Below are positions 56,716 through 64,000 of a stretch of DNA of 64,000 nt, piece by piece; within the stretch, counting starts at the first letter, position 1; every line of letters starts with the position of its first letter. The notes below the pieces were generated by a model that was given only the letters and a program-made list of their open reading frames with translations, was not told the DNA's origin and ran no database searches. The stretch comes from an uncultured Aminicenantes bacterium (GTDB lineage: Bacteria > Acidobacteriota > Aminicenantia > UBA2199). Both the position numbers and the translations under genes were made by a program. The DNA is taken from NCBI GenBank assembly GCA_965195285.1, contig CBDAFS010000007.1, positions 1-64,000 of the forward strand. Direction: 5' to 3'.

Positions 56716-58389
56716 ATGAAAAAAATATTAATTTCTCTGGTTATCGGTCTGTTAATCGGAGCGGTGGTGGTATTTTTTATCTTTCACGAAACCACTCCGC
56801 AGAAAATCGAGTCCGTGGATAAAAATAGTTTCTATGAAGTCACATCCAAACTGAATCTGGGGGGGAATCTGTATTATTACCTGAGTACGGAACAGGTTAT
56901 CCAGAAGATAGAAGAATTTGGCGCCAAAATGAGGAAAATTCTGGAAAGCCAGACAACCAAAATCCAAACCGATGGAATCAAACCGCTACAAGTTTATGAT
57001 ATTGTTTTTCGGTTCTTAAAAAACAGCGGCCTAATGGAAATCAGTGGTGCTGGCATGAGCTCTATTGCGATTGGCGAGAACCTAAATCACAGTATTTTTG
57101 TACTTCATCATTATCCCGATAAGGGAGATGGACTCATCTGGAACCTGATGGATGCCAGACCGCATGAACAGATGGAGTTGAAAATGCTCCCGGTCAATAC
57201 AGTCATGGCGGGTTTTACCGATCTAAAACTGAAATCTCTATGGAACTGGATAAAAAAGGAAGTGGATGCAAGCAATATACCGGAACTTAAAAAAGGAATT
57301 CTTTCCCTGGAGCCGATGCTGAAATCTCAGGGAATTGAACTGGAAAAATTGCTGGCCTCATTATCCGGAAGGGCCGGGATGGTTTTATGCCTGGATGAAG
57401 AGAAGATGAGCCGCATACCCATGGGCCCGATTGCCGCCGATATCCCCAATCCGGATTTTGCCCTGGTATTCTCCGTGAATGACACATACATTTTTGATCT
57501 GCTGCAAAAAATGATACCCCCTGCCCCGAATAAAGGAAAAGTGGTTGAAAAGAAAATAGTTATTCCGGTTCCGCCCCTACCCTTTCCCATCAAACCCGTA
57601 ATTTGGCAGAGAGAAAATCTGCTTTTTTTTGCCAGCAATGAATCAATGGTTGAGTCTATGTTTGCTGCCCAGAAGGGAGATAATAGCCTGTTTAAGACCG
57701 AAGAATTTAAAAAATTGTCTGCTTACATGCCCCCAAAAGGGAACAGCTTCAGATTTGTCAGCTCCAGGTTGTTTCATCTCTTTCTGGAAATTCAGCAAAA
57801 AACAGTTCAGGCATCTGGGAAATCCATGGGAAAAGATCTGGCCCTAAAACAATTGTTTGACCTGTTTCCCAAAGATCTGTCCATGTTTGAAGTGACCCAG
57901 AAAAATAGCGATGGAATGGTAGTCACTGTCAATCACGAACTCGGTTTTGAATTCATTGCTCTGCTTCCGGCTTCGGCTCTGGTTGGAGTAATCGGAGCGG
58001 TGGCGATTCCCAATTTGCTGTCAGCCAAGCAGAAGGGGGAACAAAAGACAACCATATCAAACATGAAGATGATTTCCGTTGCCATTGACATGTATTTAGT
58101 GGATAATGGCACTCCCCCTCAGGGCAATACCCTTGAGGAAATCAAGGCCAAGCTGGAACCCTTTTATATAAAATCCCTGCCCATAAAGGATGGATGGGGA
58201 AATGATTTTGTCTATCAATTTATTAGCAAATCGGGAAATCATATTTATTTTGTGGGATCAGCAGGCCGAGACGGTATTTTTGATGGATTTGAACAGAGTG
58301 GTTTTTATGAAATTACCCAAATCAATGACTTTAACAGAGACATTATCATAAAAGACGGGGAGATCGTATACGGTCCCCGGATGAATTAA
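56716..58389 (+). CDS. Membrane-anchored protein with a large N-terminal domain and a C-terminal pilin/GspG-like domain
   Basis: AGGAGG RBS; N-terminal TM; internal GAVAIPNLL.A....T..NMK.I..AI.MY..D.G..P pilin helix; KDGWGN.F.Y and SAG.DG motifs. Confidence 0.7.
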   Translation: MKKILISLVIGLLIGAVVVFFIFHETTPQKIESVDKNSFYEVTSKLNLGGNLYYYLSTEQVIQKIEEFGAKMRKILESQTTKIQTDGIKPLQVYDIVFRFLKNSGLMEISGAGMSSIAIGENLNHSIFVLHHYPDKGDGLIWNLMDARPHEQMELKMLPVNTVMAGFTDLKLKSLWNWIKKEVDASNIPELKKGILSLEPMLKSQGIELEKLLASLSGRAGMVLCLDEEKMSRIPMGPIAADIPNPDFALVFSVNDTYIFDLLQKMIPPAPNKGKVVEKKIVIPVPPLPFPIKPVIWQRENLLFFASNESMVESMFAAQKGDNSLFKTEEFKKLSAYMPPKGNSFRFVSSRLFHLFLEIQQKTVQASGKSMGKDLALKQLFDLFPKDLSMFEVTQKNSDGMVVTVNHELGFEFIALLPASALVGVIGAVAIPNLLSAKQKGEQKTTISNMKMISVAIDMYLVDNGTPPQGNTLEEIKAKLEPFYIKSLPIKDGWGNDFVYQFISKSGNHIYFVGSAGRDGIFDGFEQSGFYEITQINDFNRDIIIKDGEIVYGPRMN

Positions 58390-58480
58390 CAAGGCCAGCA
58401 AAAGAGAACCGAAATAATTTTGAACGAAAAACAAAAATCTTAAAAAGGGGAAATAGATCCAATAAAATAGAGGGTAAAAA

Positions 58481-59458
58481 ATGAAAGTAAGTATTGTTTT
58501 TTTAATTGGTTCTCTTCTTTTTTTAGCTGCCTGCAGCCCGCATATTCATCTTGATTTTTTAGGCAAGCAAAAAATCCAGGAAGTGGTGTTGATGGATAGT
58601 GAAGAAAAGGAAAAAATAGTGGTTCTGGACTTGACCGGAACCATCAAAACAACCAGTGATTCGGGGATGCTGAATCGGGAGGGAGATCTGGTTTCCCGTA
58701 TATACTTTCGCCTGAAAACAGCAGCTGAAGATCCGCTGGTGAAAGGAATTATCTTAAGGCTTGACACACCGGGGGGTGAAATAACCGCCAGCGATATCAT
58801 TTATCATGAGATTCTACGTTTCAGACAAAAAAGTCGGATACCGGTCGTGGCCCTGATGATGGGAGTGGCGGCTTCCGGCGGGTATTATGTGGCTTCTGCC
58901 TGTGATTATATTATTGCCCATCCTACAACTATTACCGGTAGTATTGGTGTAATTGCCATCCTGCCCAATTTCAATCTCACCCTGTCCCGGCTGGGCATTA
59001 AGATGAATGTCATCAAATCAGGTAGCATGAAAGATGCAGGCAGTCCCTACCGGGAAATGACATTTGAGGAAAAAGCCCATTTTCAAACATTGATTAATGC
59101 CATGTATCAGAAATTTCTCCAGGTTATCTACCAAAGCCGGAAAGATAAATTATCCCTGGAAGAAATTGAAGCCTTGGCTGATGGCCGGGTTTATATGGCT
59201 CAAAAAGCACTTGAGTTGAAACTGATCGATGAAATCGGTTACTTCGAATCTGCTCTTAAAAAGGCCCTGTCACTGGCTAAACTAAGGGAAGCCACGGTCA
59301 TAGCCTATTCTTACTACCCGCTTCGTAAAACCAATATCTATGCGCGCCCCGGCCTTGATGAAAATCCATTAAAGATGGAAATCAAGGGCTTGGATTATCT
59401 GCTGCCCACCTTGAAGCCCGGTATATATTATTTGTGGCTGCCCACGGTGGATGAATAG
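58481..59458 (+). CDS. sppA: Signal peptide peptidase SppA (S49), lipoprotein
   Basis: LAAC lipobox; LRLDTPGG, AASGGYY, TGSIGV, KSG.MK, ADGRVY...A....LIDEIG. Confidence 0.92.
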   Translation: MKVSIVFLIGSLLFLAACSPHIHLDFLGKQKIQEVVLMDSEEKEKIVVLDLTGTIKTTSDSGMLNREGDLVSRIYFRLKTAAEDPLVKGIILRLDTPGGEITASDIIYHEILRFRQKSRIPVVALMMGVAASGGYYVASACDYIIAHPTTITGSIGVIAILPNFNLTLSRLGIKMNVIKSGSMKDAGSPYREMTFEEKAHFQTLINAMYQKFLQVIYQSRKDKLSLEEIEALADGRVYMAQKALELKLIDEIGYFESALKKALSLAKLREATVIAYSYYPLRKTNIYARPGLDENPLKMEIKGLDYLLPTLKPGIYYLWLPTVDE

Positions 59459-60312
59459 ATTGGGTTTACTGTATTATATAGTGCCGAGTAGTCTTGCTCG
59501 GAATAACCCGCCTGGATGGTGCGGGATAAAATATCTGCCATTTCATTCAATGGGCCTGTTTCGATTTCTCGAGCTTTGAATTCATCGAGTATCAAATTCA
59601 AATCCTTTAGCAGATGTTTCACCGGGAAATTAGGTTGCTGGAAATTTCGGTTCCGCATCCGGGTAAGTTTTTTATCAAAGGTGGGAGCATAAAGTGCACT
59701 ATTTCTCAGAATATCCATGAATATATCGATACTGATGTTACTTTTTTCCAAATAACCCAGGCTCATGGAAAATGCGGTTGTTAATGAGACAATCAACTGG
59801 TTGAGTGCCAATTTGGTGGCCATGGCCCGGCCAACCGGTCCCAGGTATTCAATTTTATTTCCGAAATGACTGAGCAGTTGAATCCATTTTTTATACTGAG
59901 CCTTGCTGCCCCCAAAAAGAACAATCAGGCTTCCGGATTCCACCTGGGGGATGCTTCCCATAACCGGTGCTTCCATGTAACGGGCGAGACGACTCTGAAA
60001 GACCGATTCCAATTGTACGGATTGTTGAGAAGACAGGGTGCTCATTTGAATGATGTCTTTGTCCTTGAAATTGATTGATTTATCCTTTATAAGGGTATCC
60101 CTTATAGCCAGATAATCAGCCAGCATGGTGATCAACAGATCAGATGATTCCACGGCCTCTCGAACAGATTTTGCCACGGTTACATCCATTTTTTTAAAAA
60201 ATTCTGTTTTCTCCTGAGTGCGATTATATACGGTTACATCATACCCAGCCCTAATCAGGCGCAAAGCCATGGGTTTGCCCATCAATCCGGCACCAAAAAA
60301 TGCAATTTTCAT
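59428..60312 (-). CDS. NAD(P)-dependent oxidoreductase, 3-hydroxyisobutyrate dehydrogenase family
   Basis: GAGLMG.PMA, YNRT, QMST, EAPVMGS, KLALN, FP...LLKDL. Confidence 0.92.
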   Translation of the reverse strand: MKIAFFGAGLMGKPMALRLIRAGYDVTVYNRTQEKTEFFKKMDVTVAKSVREAVESSDLLITMLADYLAIRDTLIKDKSINFKDKDIIQMSTLSSQQSVQLESVFQSRLARYMEAPVMGSIPQVESGSLIVLFGGSKAQYKKWIQLLSHFGNKIEYLGPVGRAMATKLALNQLIVSLTTAFSMSLGYLEKSNISIDIFMDILRNSALYAPTFDKKLTRMRNRNFQQPNFPVKHLLKDLNLILDEFKAREIETGPLNEMADILSRTIQAGYSEQDYSALYNTVNPIYSSTVGSHK

Positions 60313-60454
60313 GTCAACCTCTCATTCACATTGTAGGCACTAACCTCTATCAAATCAAGTACCAATACGTTCCGGAATTTTTATTATTGTAATTTTTTTG
60401 GGGTTGGAGTAATATTGGAATTCATAAATAAAACCGTTTTTTACTGAGGTTAAG

Positions 60455-61369
60455 ATGAAAATTAATTTTGGCAAAATAATTATAATACTGTTGGTATTGG
60501 GGATTATTAAGGGCTGTGAAAAAGCCCCCAGACCTGAAGTGGATGAGGAATATGTCAGACAGATCCAGCAGTGGCAAAAACAAAGGCTGGAAAAATTGAA
60601 ATCTCCTGATAGCTGGTTGAGCCTGGCTGGATTATACTGGCTGGAAACAGGTGAAAATACCTTTGGCCGGGACTCTGAAAATGATTTTATCATTGATAAA
60701 AAGGGTGTGTCCCCTCGTATCGGTGTGTTTATATTGGAGAACGAAACAGTTCGGTTTGAAACCTCAGCAGGAATAAAAGTCCTTTATCGGGGCCAACCCA
60801 TCACGGAAATCAACCTGGAAGACGATTCCTGTGGAAATCCAACTCTCCTGGAATGGAGTTCTCTGAGCTGGTATATCATAAAGAGGGAAAAGCAATTAGG
60901 GGTTCGTTTGAAAGATGCCCGGCATCCCCGAATTCAACAATTAAAGCAAATCGATACTTTTCCTGTTGACAAAAACTGGAAAATAAAAGTGGTTTTGGAG
61001 AGATATACCAAACCCCAGATTATGCAAATTCCAACTGTTCTGGGGACAGTTGAGCAACAGTCCTCCCCCGGGGTTTTGGTCTTTCAGATCGGGGGAAAGG
61101 AATATCGTTTGCATCCTGGCGGTAATGATGGAGATCTCTTTGTGATATTCGGAGACTTAACAAATACCCACGAGACTTATGGAGGAGGTCGCTATCTGGT
61201 GGTTGAAAAACCGGATGAAAAGGGAGAAACCTGGATCGATTTTAATCAGGCCTATAATCCTCCCTGTGTGTTTTCCCCGTTTGCCACTTGTCCGCTGCCA
61301 CCTGAGGAGAATCAGCTTCCCCTTCGTATTATTGCCGGAGAAAAAATGGTAAAGGATTTTGCCCATTGA
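60455..61369 (+). CDS. DUF1684 domain lipoprotein
   Basis: IKG-C lipobox; WLSLAGL.WL, F.D.T...ETYGGGRYL, DFN.AYNPPC.FS..ATCPLPP..N.L...I.AGEK. Confidence 0.9.
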   Translation: MKINFGKIIIILLVLGIIKGCEKAPRPEVDEEYVRQIQQWQKQRLEKLKSPDSWLSLAGLYWLETGENTFGRDSENDFIIDKKGVSPRIGVFILENETVRFETSAGIKVLYRGQPITEINLEDDSCGNPTLLEWSSLSWYIIKREKQLGVRLKDARHPRIQQLKQIDTFPVDKNWKIKVVLERYTKPQIMQIPTVLGTVEQQSSPGVLVFQIGGKEYRLHPGGNDGDLFVIFGDLTNTHETYGGGRYLVVEKPDEKGETWIDFNQAYNPPCVFSPFATCPLPPEENQLPLRIIAGEKMVKDFAH

Positions 61370-61382
61370 TTTCACTTGAATA

Positions 61383-61416
61383 TGGCCTGATTTTCATTTT
61401 ATTTATATCAGGGCCA
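61383..61416. terminator. Inverted repeat between convergent genes
   Basis: TGGCC-TGAT...ATCA-G-GGCCA with a long AT loop, between the DUF1684 gene and the 61432-62094 ORF. Confidence 0.4.
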
Positions 61417-61431
61417 ATTAAATAAGAGGTC

Positions 61432-62094
61432 TCAATTTACAGGTTTTTCTTGTTTTAATTTGTTAAGAATGGCTTTGGATATCTTATAAGTTAAGATATC
61501 ACTTTGGCGGAGAGGACAATTGTTTTTATAATGAATATCGAACCAAAACTGACACAAATCCATCAGAACTATAAAACAATTGCCGCAATCTATTATGGAA
61601 TTATTTATCTTTCCCTTTATCATTTCCAGGCATTGATGGTAAATCCGGCTGATGCTCAGTCTCCAGTAATATTCGTTCCAATTTTCTTTCAAGGTGTTGT
61701 TTTTCTGTCCGTATCGAATAACCGCCTTAATCACATCCACTTCTTTCAATAGTTGGACATTGAATAAGACAAAATTTCGAAATTGTTCAAAAGGATTGAC
61801 CAAATCCTTCTTAATTACTTTTGAATAATAGACAACTTCCATGAAAATTAACAGGTATTGCAAAATGGTTTTATTATTTTTCTCTCGCTCCTGATTGCGC
61901 AGAGCAATATACATCTGCTCAGGGTTGAGGTTTTTATCTCCTGAAATTCGATTTGCTAAATTTTGGTGATTCTCAAGAAATGACATATAAGCCTCTGCCT
62001 CACTCGTTAGTTCTGTAAAGGAATGATCGACTTTGCTTGTGTTTTTAGTATTATGGGGTATGATACTGGGAATCGAAATGTCTTCTTTTTTCAC
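61432..62094 (-). CDS. Hypothetical protein (predicted helical)
   Basis: 220-codon ORF with GTG start; no recognisable motif. Confidence 0.5.
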   Translation of the reverse strand: MKKEDISIPSIIPHNTKNTSKVDHSFTELTSEAEAYMSFLENHQNLANRISGDKNLNPEQMYIALRNQEREKNNKTILQYLLIFMEVVYYSKVIKKDLVNPFEQFRNFVLFNVQLLKEVDVIKAVIRYGQKNNTLKENWNEYYWRLSISRIYHQCLEMIKGKINNSIIDCGNCFIVLMDLCQFWFDIHYKNNCPLRQSDILTYKISKAILNKLKQEKPVN

Positions 62095-62116
62095 TTTAAT
62101 GCCGTCTCATATAAAG

Positions 62117-62279
62117 ATCCGAAATGGCTTCCTGCTGGTTTCGGATACAATGCTTTCAAATATAGCAATATTAGAGAAAGCATTTTTGATACCAGGATTC
62201 GAAAATCTCTGAAATCCTTTCAGGATAGGATTTTCCGGGTTTTTATTTGTCAGTGTGGTTTAAGGGATTGTATCAATCC
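62117..62279. ncRNA. Candidate structured RNA / leader with four consecutive hairpins
   Basis: Inverted repeats at 62117-62146, 62149-62184, 62191-62240 and 62265-62279; no family recognised. Confidence 0.35.
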
Positions 62280-62550
62280 AGTTCTGTCCTGCCATATTTG
62301 AATGAGATTACCCTGAATTATCAATTGATTAGAGAAAATTGCCAACTGTAACATTTTGATACTTACCTAAAAATAATTCCTTTCAAAGCCAGGTTGTCAA
62401 GGGTATTTGGATAGTCTTGTAATAATTGTTTTATTATGATACACACGGAAGCGAATATTCCGTCCTCAGTCTCGCGATTTGGTGAGCCCAATTGCATATT
62501 TTTAATATAGTGAATATAATTTATTCAAAATATTTCCGGCGAGGTGAAGC

Positions 62551-64000
62551 ATGACTTTTTTTAAAGTAAAATATTTTTCTTTGGCATTACCCCTTCTTCT
62601 AACATTTGTTTTGATCACCTTAATATTTGGTTCATGGAGTTGCGGGGGTAAAAAGAAAAAGCCAGAGGAATTAATTCATAAGAAAAGTACTGTTGAATTG
62701 ATCAGCCATATTACCTCCGGCATCATTTCCTCATCCGATGTGATTTCAATTCGTTTTGTCAAACCAATGGTCCGGGAAGAAGTGATTGGATCTGTTTTAG
62801 AAGAGGCGATTTTTTCTTTTTCACCCGGTATAAAAGGGGAAGCCCGCTGGGGGGATAATCAAACCCTGGTATTTCATGCACGTGAAAAACTCCCCTTTCG
62901 CCAGAACTATGATGGGAAGTTGTTCTTGAACAAGCTGTTCCCAGCCATTACGGAAAAAAAGCCTGTTTCGTTTCAATTTCAAGTAGCAGGAAGGGGAATC
63001 GATCAACTGGATAGTGATTTTAAATTGAGGGACATGAATGATCCGAACACCCTGATTTATTCAGGAATAATTTCATTTACTGAGCCTATTTCAATAAATC
63101 AGGTTAGAGGAGCGGTTTCACTTCGTATGGAAGGACGTTTGATTCCTATTCAATGGAAGATTCTCAAGCAGGATGTGCAATTTGCTTTTGAATCTACATT
63201 TATTTATCGAAAGAAGACAACCCTTCATTTCAAAATGAGCATTGATAAAAAACCACTGGGTATTTCCGAGAATATTGATGAAGCATTTACTCTTGAACCG
63301 CTTCAGGTTTTTGTACTCAAAGAAGTGATCATGCTGGATCAGGGTAAGAAACCCGGGTTGGAAATAAAATTTTCCGATGATCTGGACACCAGTCAGGATG
63401 TCACCGGGTTGGTGAGAATTGAACCGGAGGTAAAGATAACCTTAAAAGCCCTGGGGAAAAGTATTCATCTCGGAGGTAATTTTAAATTTGGACAGACCTA
63501 TACGGTGTCAATTTCAGGAATCCGAAGTCGATGGGGGACTAAACTTTCCGAAGAGGTGAAGAAGCAAGTTGATTTTCAGGATAAGAAACCACAGGTGACA
63601 TTTCTCAGTGACGGTGTATTCCTGCCCTCTTCAAACCAACAAAAAGTGGATTTCAAAACCATGAATCTCAGGATGGTTCGTCTGAATATCAAAAGAGTAT
63701 TTGAATCCAACCTGGGACAGTTCCTCCAAACCGAAAAGTTACGCTCCCGAAGAAACCGGAACCAGGATTTTAACCAGTATAACGTTAATCGGGTTGGAGT
63801 TACAGTAGTTGATAGAAAGTTTGAAATTGGGAATATTAAAAATCGTTGGCTGAATCATCAGCTGGATTTGAAAAAAATGATTCAACCGGGTGAGAAGGGA
63901 TTGTTTTTAATCACCCTGTCTTTCAAAAAGCAGGATATGCTCTATTCTGGCCTGACCAAAGAGAAAAAGTATTACTATGGAAGGCTGTACTATTCGAATC
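62551..64000 (+). CDS. Bacterial alpha-2-macroglobulin family lipoprotein, N-terminal part; runs off the window edge
   Basis: GAGGTG RBS and ATG 62551; MTFFKVKY...FGSWSCGGKK lipoprotein-like signal; ISHITSGIIS...I.IRF, FSFSPGIKGEARW.DNQTLVF, GVFLPSS, N.R.V...IKRVFE.NL.QFLQ pattern of A2M N-termini. Absent from the ORF track because there is no stop within the window. Confidence 0.8.
   Translation, partial: MTFFKVKYFSLALPLLLTFVLITLIFGSWSCGGKKKKPEELIHKKSTVELISHITSGIISSSDVISIRFVKPMVREEVIGSVLEEAIFSFSPGIKGEARWGDNQTLVFHAREKLPFRQNYDGKLFLNKLFPAITEKKPVSFQFQVAGRGIDQLDSDFKLRDMNDPNTLIYSGIISFTEPISINQVRGAVSLRMEGRLIPIQWKILKQDVQFAFESTFIYRKKTTLHFKMSIDKKPLGISENIDEAFTLEPLQVFVLKEVIMLDQGKKPGLEIKFSDDLDTSQDVTGLVRIEPEVKITLKALGKSIHLGGNFKFGQTYTVSISGIRSRWGTKLSEEVKKQVDFQDKKPQVTFLSDGVFLPSSNQQKVDFKTMNLRMVRLNIKRVFESNLGQFLQTEKLRSRRNRNQDFNQYNVNRVGVTVVDRKFEIGNIKNRWLNHQLDLKKMIQPGEKGLFLITLSFKKQDMLYSGLTKEKKYYYGRLYYSN

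Noticed and set aside
62095-62295. In-frame upstream extension of ORF 61432-62094 through TGA and TAA (readthrough or pseudogene)
   Set aside because: It needs two different stops to be bypassed, and the translated extension has no recognisable similarity.
62023-62301. 92-aa plus-strand ORF across the hairpin region
   Set aside because: It overlaps the minus-strand gene and has no convincing RBS or motif; the region is better explained by RNA structure.
62380-62490. Possible c-di-GMP riboswitch upstream of the alpha-2-macroglobulin gene
   Set aside because: Only a CAAAGCC fragment and small hairpins are present; the GNRA-tetraloop P2 and receptor architecture is not evident.
1875-63006. Numerous 60-150 aa ORFs antisense to or overlapping recognised genes in the ORF track
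   Set aside because: They are shadows of well-supported genes, with no motifs of their own that I could recognise.

Overview
A low-GC bacterial chromosome segment spanning the replication origin. Gene content and protein style suggest Candidatus Aminicenantes/Acidobacteriota; this is inference, not a database result. Left arm (mostly minus strand): HU-USP-dprA-topA-trmFO-xerC-M23-ctpA, thiD, uvrD/pcrA, pcm, a TolC-family gene, fkpA, a tandem M14 carboxypeptidase pair with an ABC exporter, pyrG, kdsB, rsmG-parA-parB-bactofilin with a perfect parS, and glnA. Centre: dnaA-oriC-dnaN-recF-gyrB-gyrA. Right arm: peptidases (rhomboid, M14, M28, SppA), two radical SAM enzymes, two GspG/pseudopilin-like proteins and the start of an alpha-2-macroglobulin. 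I saw no tRNA, rRNA, CRISPR array or mobile element. Most interesting observations: (1) an unannotated small ORF (56563-56450) with an ECF-type promoter, an RBS, a lipoprotein-like signal whose lipobox Cys position is TGA, and a SECIS-like hairpin right after it; (2) a four-hairpin structured region at 62117-62279; (3) an active plus catalytically dead M14 pair; (4) a parS that also encodes the RsmG C-terminus and holds the parA start; (5) many apparently leaderless promoters; (6) a TPR lipoprotein with a 10-residue-period coiled-coil insert; (7) a divergent DnaA with degenerate boxes.
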